Source of the DNA: Raillietiella orientalis
Taxonomy: Eukaryota
Length of the DNA stretch: 64,000 bases
Reading direction: 5' to 3'
Assembly (NCBI GenBank): GCA_036172245.1
Contig: JAYWIR010000003.1
Location: 1,674,001-1,738,000 of the forward strand
In this document: one piece after another, positions 1-11,495 of the stretch
Layout: each line of letters starts with the position of its first letter
Position numbering within the stretch: position 1 is the first letter of the stretch
Position numbers and translations under genes: made by a program
Notes under the pieces: generated by a model
The model's database searches: none
What the model saw: only the letters and a program-made list of their open reading frames with translations
What the model was told of the DNA's origin: nothing

Positions 1-495
1 CGCGGGGGCCCGCTGGCGTCTTCCAGCAGGCATCCGAGCGCGATTCCCAACAGGTTCGAGACGCAGAGGGCGCTGCGGCTGTCGGAAGAGCAGGATATTC
101 CGTTCCGTAGAGGGCCGACGCGGTTGCCTCGTGCGGTTTCCAGATCTGGAGCGCGATTCTGAAGCTCTGGACGCAAAAAAGCCTCTGAGGGAAGCGTCCC
201 CATGTCGATGCGATCCCAGAGGAAAGCTCAGACTTGCTTCCATAGCTAGGCTCTTTTTTCCACAGCGTCTTTTGGACTCTAGGTAATCCGCGACTCGGTG
301 CTTCCAAGGAAACACGGACCTTGGCAATAACACGCTGCTTCGGAAGGGAAGCAGAAAAGTAGTGTTCTATATTGAGGCCCTCATTCAGCGTAATCGAGAA
401 CCCCCGAAGAACTCACCACCGATGAAACGGACGCGACTTCCGCTCCAGCCCCGGTTGCGGCATCGGTCCCCAAAAGAAGGCCAGAAACGAAGTCC

Positions 496-687
496 TTGAC
501 ACTTCAGAACTGCCCATTTCTGACGAACCCTTCAACGGACATCACCATCACCTGGCTAGAAGCCACTATGGAGACGGCAGTAGGGGCAGCGGTAGTCCAC
601 GTCAACCAAGAAGACGGAGCTCTGAAACAACGGAAACTGCTATCAATGTATATCATCTTCGCTGAGAGAAGAGGGTCTTCTCGATAA
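496..687 (+). mobile_element. Degenerate RNase H-like fragment of a non-LTR retrotransposon (I/R1-type)
   Basis: ORF reads ITWLEATMETAVGAAVVH...KLLSMYIIFAE, resembling the retroelement RNase H N-terminus (YTDGS...VGAAVV...KL...SVF.AE). The catalytic D is not preserved. Confidence 0.4.
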
Positions 688-799
688 TCCACGAGCAGGG
701 TATCCGTTCGTCGTTGAGGACCACCATAGAAACAAAGTTCCATGGGAGGTCTCCGTTGAGATCTCCACAATGACTAGAAGACTCAGTGAGTGGACGACG

Positions 800-1330
800 A
801 GCCAGCTAACGGCCCCCCCAAGTGTGGGGGACCCCTTCAATTCGTTCAGATAGAGCAGGTGTGTAGCCACCTCTTCAGATGTTGACGGAGAGGACCCCTC
901 CATTCCGGGGGGATCCTCTCAAGTCTTACTGATGGAGTAGGTGTGTAGCCGCTTCTCCACAGAGTGCAAAGAACCCTTCCGCTCTCTTCGGAGAGTGCCC
1001 TTCTGAAAAATTTCAGAATTGTCCCTTCGAGGTTCTCTTCAGAGGAGGAAATCAGGACAGGTTCCCTTGCGGGTTCCCTCCGGAGAAGAAATTCCTATTA
1101 GCGGATTCTTTTCGGTTCCCTTAGGAGAAGAAAAATGAAGCAACCCCCTTCGGGGGTCCCTCCGGAGAGAATAAGGAAGGAAGTTCCCTTCGGGGTTCTC
1201 CTTCGGAGACAACCAGGGTGGAGATTCCCTTGCAGGATCCTCCCCAAGCGTGAGAGGAATGGACTACGAGTCCTTCCTAAATTCATAGGGCAGACTCCCC
1301 TCCAGGGGTACCCCCCTATCTTGAAAAATT
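800..1330 (+). mobile_element. SINE-like family copy (body and hairpin array; head missing)
   Basis: Colinear with 10440-10885: ctgatggagtaggtgtgt, agagtgcaaagaa, ggagacaaccagggtgg, gcgtgagaggaa, ttcatagggc, ggggtacccc..tatcttgaa. Confidence 0.8.
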
Positions 1331-1334
1331 GTCC

Positions 1335-2120
1335 TATCTCGAAGAATGTTTACGAGGTGGGACATTCGGGGACACTGCGACCCCGAGTGTCTCACCTCGT
1401 GGACTTTTGCGCTGGAGCGTGACACTGAATATTCCGGAGGAAGACCTGCAATGGCCCTTGGTGCTCATGAACACCTGCGTCCTCCCCTCAAAGTGGCAGG
1501 AGCTGGCGCTGCTGCTGCTGCTGCATGGGGTCTCCCGCAGGCATCACTGGGAGTGTGGACCCGAACTGTGCCAGGTGCGGGGAGAGCGAATCCCTCCCGC
1601 ACCTGCCTGTGGATTGCGTTGCTCCCCGGTTTCTCTGGGAACGCTTCGCCGCGACCCCTGAATCCCCGGCGGCAACTCCAAGGACGCTCCAGACTTCTCT
1701 ACCTATGTGATGCCCTTCGACCAGCAGCCTCGCTGGCAACTCTCTGCTGCCTAGGGCGACGCAAGAGGAGGACCCAGCAACAGGGATGCCGTCCACTCCG
1801 CCGTCCGCTTCCTGATGATGGCAACAAGCTGGCTCACCTGGAAAACAACATCCATCAAGAGCATCCTCCAAAGGATTCAGGGGATTGCTCCCAGCAGGCA
1901 GTGATCTCTTCCCGCATCCCCCCAAATTTATTTGTTTCTTTTTCTTTTTTTTGTTTGCCCTCTCGCCTCTGCTGCCGTGATGGACCTCACCAGACTGAAA
2001 ACCGGTAACACAGCATGTTAGATCTAAAAAGGACGTGGTTAAAGCTGTGATCCAACAACAGAGATGTTTATTTTATTTTATATATGAAATAAATCGCCCC
2101 GACCCACTCTGGTGGCAATC
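1335..2120 (+). mobile_element. L1/Tx1-like non-LTR retrotransposon, decayed 3' fragment (zf-RVT region plus 3' UTR)
   Basis: Frameshifted LPSKWQELALLLLLHG followed by PNCARCGESESLPHLPVDC..LW (Cx2C..H..C motif of the L1/Tx1 ORF2 end). T-rich UTR, AATAAA at 2088. Homologous to 45200-46240, 52500-54570, 54980-56255 and 60430-61680. Confidence 0.75.
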
Positions 2121-2124
2121 GAAA

Positions 2125-3050
2125 GAAAGTTTCACGCGGCGGAGGTCACCCTCATGGTCAACTCCTTCAGGGAAAGAAAGGAAACGTGGTCGGATGGCCC
2201 ATTACCAATGTATCCCTGCCGACACAGAGGATATCGGCAACGCCTCCAGGAGGTACTTTACGTCGGGAGACGAGACCCCTCGTCAAGTGTGAAACTTTGG
2301 GTGTCCCGCTGAGCGCCCGGTGTGTAGGGAGGAACACCCATGAGGTGAGCGCCGCCACACCTGAGCGCCCAAAAAAGAAGAGGAAGGTGTCCTGGGGTCT
2401 CATCCTGGGAAGCACTCTCGTCAAAAACCGAAGATTCTAAGGGGCGGACAGCTTCTTGCCATGGAAATGTTGAAGGAACTCGCCACACGGCTGCAAAGCT
2501 AAGGTGGGTCGCTACTTCACACCTTCCTGAGGGAGCCCAGGAAGCAGAGTAGCAGCAAGCCGCAAGGAAGCAGAGCGGCCAAGAACGAAGGATGGATGGA
2601 TACTCCAATTCTCCCTTCCACCTTTCCAACTTCCTCCGGATCCCACGTAGCAATCCCAGGGACTCACTGAAACCCCTCTTCGTGCGCGGCGCATTAACAT
2701 CCCCAGCAGCTGCTGCATACCCAGCAGCTCTTCGCTGCCTGCTTGGGATTGTGACGGACTGGAGCAACGACGCCAGTGGAGGAGAAAGCGGTAGGGATGC
2801 CATGCATTTCACCCGACGTTTTTTGCGGAGGGCGACGAGATGGCGCCACTCGAAGAAAACTAATGAAGAACTTGTCCAACGTCCTCGAGAGGATGCAGAG
2901 GACGTCCCCCAGTAGGCTGTGATGCCTTCCCATGCCCCCCAGAGTTATGGATATTCATATTTTTGTTTCGTTTTCTCCTATTCTCTCTGCTTTCGAGTCC
3001 ATCCTCTCCGATCTGCGCACGCCGAACACTGAGCAAGTCATGACTATGCC
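2125..3050 (+). mobile_element. L1/Tx1-like decayed 3' fragment
   Basis: Shares the family ORF2-end signature gtcctcgagaggatgcagaggacgtc...gtga (2881-2922; compare 55990-56030 and 46000-46035), followed by a pyrimidine-rich UTR. Confidence 0.55.
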
Positions 3051-3099
3051 AGGACTTGATGGGGTCAGTGACTCTACCATTTTGTAATGTTTTTTCTTT

Positions 3100-3740
3100 T
3101 TCAAGAAATGCTCCGGCGATCCCGGGTGAAAATCCTCCTTCCACTACGACCTTGCGCGAACCTAGTTTCTGGGGGAGTTGCGTCCCCGAACTGCGAAGCA
3201 GTGGAATCGCTCCGCACCTGCTCTTCGACTGCGGTACCCTCCGAGGACTGTGGCGGAGGCTGTCTTCATCGCTCCTGTATCCGGGGGACATCGAAATGGA
3301 TGTGATGCGTCGCTTCTTCACGCGCACCGGCCTCTCACTAGGTGAGGTCATCGCAACGATCTGTGGCATCTGCGCCATCGTCATGGTCCCCCACGTGTTG
3401 GAGACGCGAGCGGCACCCACAGAGGTCACCACGATTGCAGCCTCCAGCATGAGAAAGGCTGCCAGGTGGCCTCACATGAGCGGAGAAGGCAGGAAGGAGA
3501 TATCCAGCACCCAGAGCCGGTTCTGATAAACAGGAGCAGCCGAAGCCAAAGACCCCTGTCCCCTACTCCTCCCCCCATATCTTTTTGTATTTATTTATTG
3601 TCCCTTCCCTCCCGTTCTGGACTTTCAGTATGCCCGACCTGCGTGTCGGGGAGTCCAACCCTTGAACTTCTGTTCCCTTTTCCTGGGAACTATGTTCCTA
3701 GCTGATTTGTATTTTCTCGCCCGGCGCAACCGGGTAAGAA
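3100..3740 (+). mobile_element. L1/Tx1-like decayed 3' fragment
   Basis: ORF 3056..3526 contains PHLLFDCGTLRGLWRR and RWPHMSG. Ends in the family hairpin cccgg-cgcaa-ccggg (3720-3734). Confidence 0.7.
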
Positions 3741-4649
3741 ACCAAGACCTCCCTCTCCTCCGCAAACCCATGTTTGACTGTCGGAAAAACCTGAAATTTC
3801 GAGGGTAAAGTTCGAAGTGTTGTCGGGGGAAGGACTTTGGTCTTTCCTGTCTGACTGCTTCCTGCTGAAGCTAAAAGAACGAATGGACTCATCCCACCCG
3901 CACATGTCGAACTGGAGGAATACTCCACTCGGCAAAGGATGGACGATCGCTCAGACAACGCCCACGTCAGAACTCCTCAGCCCGGATTTCCCGTTTCCGA
4001 CGAATCCAAGTGCGCACAGGAGATAGGGCATTCTGACCTGCCGACCGAGTCAAATAGAGGAGGGAGGGGGAGATTTCTTGAAACCGACCGGCTGCAGGAA
4101 GCAGGTTCTGTAGGCATCGAAACGGCGGAAAGTCCAGTCCAGTCCAGGGCGCGTCCTGTCATCCGCGGATGCCTGAGGGGCTTGGAACGGAGCAGCTTTT
4201 CGCGAATCTCTCCGGTTCCCTTCGCCCTTCCCGCTGTGCGAAGGCAACTGCGAGAGACGGAGGGGGAAGGGTAAATTCAAGGGAGGGTAGCAATTCATCG
4301 GCACTGTTCTACCAAACCCGGAGTCACCAACAGTGAACTGAGAAACGAAACACGCCAGAGACATCTCACATCTGCCAAAGTGAGAAGGCGGCGAGCACTT
4401 CCACTCGACGTTTCTCCTACTGGAGACACCTTTACTGCGGTGATTCTGAATTCACAGATGCCCACGGTCCCTGAATCGAGGGACTTCTCCCTTTAGTCCC
4501 AGCTACCTGGGCTTTTTCTTGGAAAGGAAGGAAACACCTACCAGCTCTGCCACACAGACCGACCAGAGCAAGTCAGAGTCGTGGCAAGCAGTTGCAAAGA
4601 TGAACATTTTGCAAAAAAAAAAAAAAAAAAAAGTCACACGTTCTTTGAA

Positions 4650-7400
4650 TCTGTTTTTAGAATTAGCATTTCGTCTTCACCGTCACGTCTCTCGAGCTAG
4701 AGATCGAAGACCTGCAAGGCTCGCATCGGCCCCTAGCCTTCTGCGTTTAAGGAGGACACTGCTGCCATCTATCCACACATGAATCGACTTCACGTCTGAT
4801 TGCCAACTTGTTCGTTGTACGATCCATCCTTTGAGACACGAGCCTCTCTCTCATTTGCGGATGCTTTCGCGACCACGTTCGAAGCGTTGCCAAGTCCCTG
4901 CTACCTGCAGAAACTACGCGGGTTCCAGTTTCACAGCTGCCTCGCCGCACGGTCTGTTGGGTACGCCATGGAGAAGCGCTCCTTAGGGAGATTTCTCATT
5001 CCCTTAGCTCCAGAAGCGACTCCATGAACATGACCTCCCGATGGAGTGAACCCAGGGAGGGAAAGCGCCCAGCGATGGACTGAGGTCAACCCAAATCGGA
5101 AACTCTTTCGAGACTCTGGAAAGAGTTACGTAATTTAAAAGAGTCCGTTTCACCGCAAGTGCCCAGGAACCACCTTCAGTTCCACCTAGAAATACGAGTA
5201 AACCCTGAAAGCCTCACCACCGCTCAGTGCACCAAGAAGCTGTCGCTCTTTGCTCTCTACTGAGGCAGTAGGCACGGTAAGAAAGAACCGAAAATTACGG
5301 GGGTCCATAAACCCCAAACAGCAATCTTCTCGAGATGCTCGTACTGTTCCCAAAGCTCTGAAAGAGATGTTTGCCATTGGCCTTTGTTCCTGCCCAGTCG
5401 GATCATTCTGGTTCTCCTTTGTCCGTATTTCGTCTGGAATACATCGAGATGTCCTTCCTAAGGAATAACCTCAGTGCTTTCACAGAAAGCTGCCGTTTTT
5501 GCGAGAGATACCAATTTGCTAGATGGAAGCTTTTGATTTGTGTCCCATCCGTATTTTCCTTTCTTATAATTCTGCAGCACCTTGTTGGAATTTATGATTG
5601 ACCGAACACATGGGCTTAAGTAGCTATCCTCGGAGGAATTCATGAAAAATCCTTGTTGCTGATGCTGACTGAGATTAAGGCTAGATACTCAGTGCAATGG
5701 GATACTCAGTTCGAACTGGGGGCGGTGGGGGATTGAATCATAACCAGGCGAGGTGCTACCCCGATGGAGCAACCAGTGTTTCTGGCGCGCACAGCTTTTT
5801 CTTCATTTAAATATATATATATGTGTATGTATGTATGTATATATATCCCATTCCAGTTCTCGAGAAATCCTTTTTCGATCCACGTAAACCAACTCCCGTC
5901 AAGCTGCAGATTGTTTTCCACGCATTCCAACACTGTGTGGGAACTTCTGAAGAGGAACCGATCCGTCTTCCTCTAGCACGCGAGATTCGAGTTCAGCTTC
6001 CGTGTCCACGGCGATGTCCACTGTTATGATAATGCACCCCTTTCCAGATGGTGAACCAGTAGCCTTTAGTGAAGATGGGCAAGAAATTGTGGAACCGAAA
6101 ACTGTTTAGGAATACATCACTGGATACATCACGCACGGATGTAGCCACCAGGGCGATTCCTATACGGGCGGTGTTCGTTGGAACGTTAACTAATTCATCT
6201 CGTTGAGCTCAGCAACACATTGTTCTGTTCCTCGAACATCTCTGACCATTTTTATTCTTGTCTTGAGTCAAGATATTGCTCCCTGAGAGGAACAATCAAC
6301 CTGCTTTTAGTTTCATTTGCACGAGCTATATTGCTAAGTCGACTAAGAGAACGTGAGAGTTTACAAGGAACCACGAGACTCCAGCATGGGGTCACCAAAC
6401 TGGCTTTCAAACTCACCTCATTCACCACAAACAATCGCCTGTAAATAGGGAGCCGCCATCAACCAATAAACCCACATTCCAATTAAAAGAAAGCCAAGCC
6501 CTCAGTCCGTGGTCCACGCTGAGCTTCCAAGAGAATTTTACTAAAGTCTAGAGACTCAAGAGGCAACCTCGGACCCGCACCCCTTCCAGATGCTGCATGA
6601 TTCGCATCCAAATATTCCATGGTATGCGAAATGTTATCCCGCCGGACTGACGTCAGAATTCGACCCAAAACCAAACTCCAAGCACGAGATGCTACCCGTG
6701 ACCATAGGAAACCAGCTGAGCTATGAAGGACATTCAAATGGTCCTGCGACGCACTGGCATCAGCATGCCTTTTGCGTTCCAAATGCACCAATACACCACA
6801 AATTTCACTCGCAAAAATTGCATGCAGACACCACGATAACCCGTACATCTTCTCATTAATCCCCATCCCTCCCAGTGGTGGGGTGATTCAGTTTAAGGAG
6901 CGAAATGTGTGTGTGTGTGTGTTTCTATGGTTAGGAAAAAATCCATTCCTGTAGCAAAATTCGCCGATTCCCAGACTGAGAATTGGGATTACCCTCCGAT
7001 TGGGGGGGGGGGGGGGGAGAATCTTTCTCAATATACCATGCCCCAAGTGTCGCAGATTTTCCTGCTCAGTAGGATCCTTGGTGATCCTTGATCTAGACTG
7101 CATTCTAATGAAGCCTTCCGGACACTGAGGAACATGCTTCTTGATGCAGTGGAACATATCGCCGTGCATCCCTTATGGGCTTCAATGTAGCATACCAACA
7201 AACGAGCTGTCTGTCTAGAGAGATCGCACTGGTTCCTGTGGTGCCATCAGAACGACCTGTCCATGAACGCCTAGGAAGACTGAGGTGACGATATTTACTC
7301 ATGTTTTCCGAGAGCCATGAGCTGAAGAGATGAGAAGGCATTATGCAAGTGAACGAAACTCACTGATCGGATTCCCATTCAGGATGAGATGCAGCTCTTT
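4650..7400 (-). mobile_element. Highly decayed R2-group (RLE) non-LTR retrotransposon
   Basis: Minus-strand motif relics in the expected order: IKKHVPQC (about 7140, Zn-finger-like), ASREDCCLGFMDP (about 5320, GGLG-like), RRGSCET (about 4940, CCHC-like), KGWIV..VWIDG (about 4800, RLE-like). Confidence 0.45.
5809..5847. repeat. (AT)n/(ATGT)n microsatellite
   Basis: atatatatatatgtgtatgtatgtatgtatatatat. Confidence 0.8.
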
Positions 7401-7539
7401 GAGAGTATGAGTCGCAAGGGCGGCGAACTGAGTACCTGAAAACGAAGCAAGATGAGCAGAAACAGAAAAGGGTCAGCAGTAGGCACGAAACATTCAACAC
7501 TAGAGGCCTAAAAGAAACGCACTGATTGGTCACGGTCTG

Positions 7540-7990
7540 GAAGATCATCACCCGGTTATACCGGGGCATTTATTACTTAGAGTAGTAAAAATACATGTTG
7601 TCATAGAACTATTGGTTCTGCCGCGCTCAATGAACCTGCCGAAGAGCGGTACGCAGCCCGGCGAGGTCCGCTTCGGCAGCGTGGGGAAGTGAGAACAAAA
7701 ACAAAAAATAAACAAACAGAGAGGGGGGGAGGAATTTATACACGGGGAGAGGGGGAACAGAAGAAGGGATCACGGTACGCTGCCAGGCGTCCTCTGCATC
7801 CTGCTCAGGATGCTGGCAAGTTCTGTCCGGATGGCGTCCAGGTGTGGCCATCTCGAGACGGTCCTCTGGAAGATTCGCGCCCAGTGGATGGCGTCCCTGC
7901 CATTCTGGCCTATTCTTCTCGGTCTGGATGATGGCCACTTCGAAGTGGCTCCAGGAGCTTTGTTCAGACTGTCTGAATCAGAGATGAGAT
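7540..7990 (-). mobile_element. L1/Tx1-like short 3' fragment
   Basis: Reverse complement aligns with 55880-56255, including the UTR stem ctgccgaag...cttcggcag and the terminal AATAAA-cccgg..accggg. Confidence 0.8.
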
Positions 7991-10178
7991 GCTGATGTCA
8001 TCTGTCCACTTTAGAAAATCTTATGCGCGGGGTGCATTCTTTCATTGACAATATTTTTCATGTGAGACATTGATTTATAATAATATATTCCTGGCAACTC
8101 CATGCAACTGGGGCTGACTGTGTCTCTGGTTAACAAGATGTGTTTTTGAAACCTTTGCCTCCTCGTTTTGGAAGGTTGAGTGGCTCTTGAAGGTCTACCG
8201 GAGAAATCGCTTCCGCCGGAATTCGGCACCGAACTGATGATTCTGATTTCGCTCCGCTCATTCTGACAACTGATGCTTCGTTCTGTTGGTACGGTAATTT
8301 CCAGCACCCAGAACTGGGATCCTACCGCAAAGACGTGGCATGCCGTCTCTGACGACCACCAAGGCAAATCTCAGTTCGCCTCGTGAAAGCTCTTCGCCGG
8401 AAACAAACGATCACGGCAGCGGGAGATACAAACTGCATCAGGATCGATTTTCTTCCCATGACTCCTACGGTCTTCGAAGAAGTGCACGAAAACAATTTCC
8501 CTGCTTTTTCCCCAGCCGCCACACCCCGGACCTGAGAAGATTGTGTTTGCGCACTGCATAGCCTTCACGGAGTCTCTTGAGACTTAGCGGTCTACACTGT
8601 CAGCAGTGTTTCTTATTGCTGTTGAAAATGAAGACCTCAGGATGCTAACACAAGGTAAAGTCTACCTCAGAACAACAAGATTTTCCTTATTTACCAGAAA
8701 TAAGATGGGCAAGCCTCCTTTCTTGATATAGTTCCTTTTGGAAGCACGGTGCAGTAGTGGCAAAAAAGATGCTTAAAGACATCTCGGCAATAGCCCGGAT
8801 CAGTAATGAAAGCAGAAAGTTCATGGAAACGGGAATCCAGGGAGTACTTCTGATCTTTTAGAAAACTGAATTCATCGGTAACAAATTCATCAGCCTTTGA
8901 AGAAGGTGTTCTTGCATGGCTTTTTCCAAGGAACTGGTGGGTTGCAATCGAATCGCATGCAGCAAACCCTTGTCTTCATAAAGGTAGGCAGATCTTTAGG
9001 ATCCGTTCCTTAAAATCAGAAGATCCCAATTCGCATCAATCGATCCTAATTTTGATCAATGGAAAAATAGCAGTTCCATAATACCAACAAGGAGGATGTG
9101 AGGTCGCGTCACGAAAGAGACGACGTGAAACCAGATTCATGTCTTCTCACGCTGCCATGGTCTCTGATGTCGACAGACCTCCGAAAAATTCTGCAAATGC
9201 CCTGGTTGATCAGGAAGTCTCGGAACTTGAGCTGATCCTCTTCCTTCGACTGCTTTCCAGTTAAGTTGAAAGAAAATTCTCGAGAACCTTCAGATACCAA
9301 CGTTCAGCGAAATCACCAAAGAGAGAATTTTCTCGGCCGGATGATATGAGAGCTGCTCGGAGCCGCTTGCAGTCAAATCGGTTTTATGTGTCTGCAGAGA
9401 ATTCCCTTAGATGCCTGCAAATGAGTTTTCATATTGCAGTTTGTACTGGAAACTTCCATGAGTCAGGGCATACAACACCGAAAGTAACATGAAATTGCAA
9501 ACAAGTCCCATATTGTATACCCAAGTACAAACGGCACCAGGTCTTCAATGCCTTCATCATGGTAGACATAATAAAGTGCTCTCGGGGTGGCTTTTTGTTT
9601 CATGATGAGGTTCACTTGTCCATCAAGTCTTTCGAACTCCTCCCATCTGAATTTAGTTTCGGTGCATCTTTCTTGCCTATGAAATATTTTAAGAAAATTT
9701 TCCTGACGAACTCCATTCCATCGGTTGAGTTCCCTGCAGTTCTTTTCAGATAATAGAAAATTCATTTTCCAGGAATTCTGGTTTCATCCCTCTCATTCGT
9801 ACTTTCTGTTGTCTGCTTTGGAGAGCAGAAAAATTAATGAATGCCGTGGACATGAGCAAGCGGCTCTGGAAAGCACCAGTGACGTCACGAATGAAATGGA
9901 AGAAAATTGCACGATCGTTTCCTTGGAACCTTTTTGGTCATTTCGTTAGCTCCCCTTTGGCTCAGATTTGGCGCGATCCAACTCGAATTCTTAATTACGA
10001 AGCAGTCCTTGCGAATTCACCACACAAAGTTACTTATCATCACCGTTCTCTTTGTAGTTTACTGTGAGCACCGGTTTCTCTCTTGGATTCAGTTTATGGC
10101 TGCTGATCATAATTTGCTCACAAGAGAAAGGCATCAGGCAAATTTGCACTCCAAGTTCTTCGTTGCCACTACTTCTAA

Positions 10179-10925
10179 GCCCGCGTCGGAGGCCGTGTGG
10201 TTACGGTGGTCTCTGAGTGTGGCACCATGCGTCGTGGGTTCGAATACTCCGAAGGAACCGACGGAATGCGCCATGGGTCCCGAGTTCACCCCACAAGATG
10301 ACGCTGGTTGGCCTACATTCATCCGGGTGCGGCACTGGTAGCGGTTGAAACCGTATGCCCCGATGAGGGCCGGGACAAATAGGAGTCGACCTCCGGGTCC
10401 TTCCAAGAATCAAAGAGTGGGAGCTCCCCTCCGGTTGTAGAGGAGCGGACCCCCCATTCCGGGAGGACCCTCCAAGTCTCACTGATGGAGTAGGTGTGTC
10501 GCCACCACCTCTCCAGAGAGTGCAAAGAAGCGAGCCGATCCCTTCGGGGAAGCTGCGTCCTTCTGAATTTCCGAAGCGTCATTTCTGGGTTCTCTTCAGA
10601 GGAGTAAAAACAGGAGCGGATCCCTTGCGGGGGGTCCCTCCGAAGAAGCAATTCGAGGATCGGATCCTTTTCGGGTTCCCTTCAGAGAAGAAAAAATGGA
10701 GAAGTTTCCTCCCTTGGATCCTCCTGAGAGAATAAGGAAGGAGATTTCCCTTAGGAGACAACCAGGGTGGAGGTGATCTCCATTTCCGGGATCCCTCCCC
10801 AGGCGTGAGAGGAACGGACTCCCGAGTCCTTCCTGGATTCATAGGGCGAAACCCCTCTCGGGGTACCCTTTATCTTGAAGAATTACCCACCCTTGAGTGG
10901 CGTGGAACCGTGTCGAGGAACTGCG
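10179..10925 (+). mobile_element. tRNA-headed SINE-like element, near full length
   Basis: A-box-like ggccgtgtggttacggtgg at 10191, B-box/T-arm gtgggttcgaatactcc at 10234-10250, second T-arm-like motif at about 10275. Body is colinear with the copies at 31440-32210 and 58960-59790. Confidence 0.8.
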
Positions 10926-11495
10926 AAGACGGAGAAGAAAGGATTTTTATCATCCTAAGCACTTTCCAAAAGAACTGCCTGAAAGAGACTTCTGTCTGCA
11001 TTAATAACGAACCAAATGCTTTTCGTAATGGAGTTTCATCCACTCTCGCTTTCAGATTCGTTCTTCCAATGAAAGACATTTGCTGTTCTGTTCCGTGTAA
11101 ATGTACACTCCGTTTGCAGCAGCAAACTCAATCGCTAGACTCGCCTTAGCTGTTGCAGAGAAATCAACCAACATTCGAAGGGCGCTGTGTTGGGGATTTC
11201 CCACTTCTTCGATTGCGCATGAAAATGAGACGAATTTCGTTGTTTCCTGAAAGGGAACACCCATTGAGAGCTTCTTCCTGTCCTGTGCCCGTTATCTGGA
11301 ACTATGAAATTCTCAGCCTTGAGCACTTGCGGAGAAGGTTTGCTTATTTATTTTGACAGGTGCATGTCAATCAGTTCGAGCCATTTCATCAAGTGCACCC
11401 CTGTTCTTTATCTCCAAGTGCAGAGACTGCAAATTCCTATAAGGATTTGAAATTTGATGAACGAACGTCCCTTCTCATGAGATGAAATCCTCTGC

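Noticed and set aside
1020..1215. CRISPR-like array
   Set aside because: Units are degenerate with very short, related linkers, lie inside a dispersed eukaryotic repeat, and no cas genes are present.
10191..10255. Functional tRNA genes at the B-box motifs
   Set aside because: No complete cloverleaf, copies are mutually diverged, and each is attached to the same long body, so these are SINE heads.
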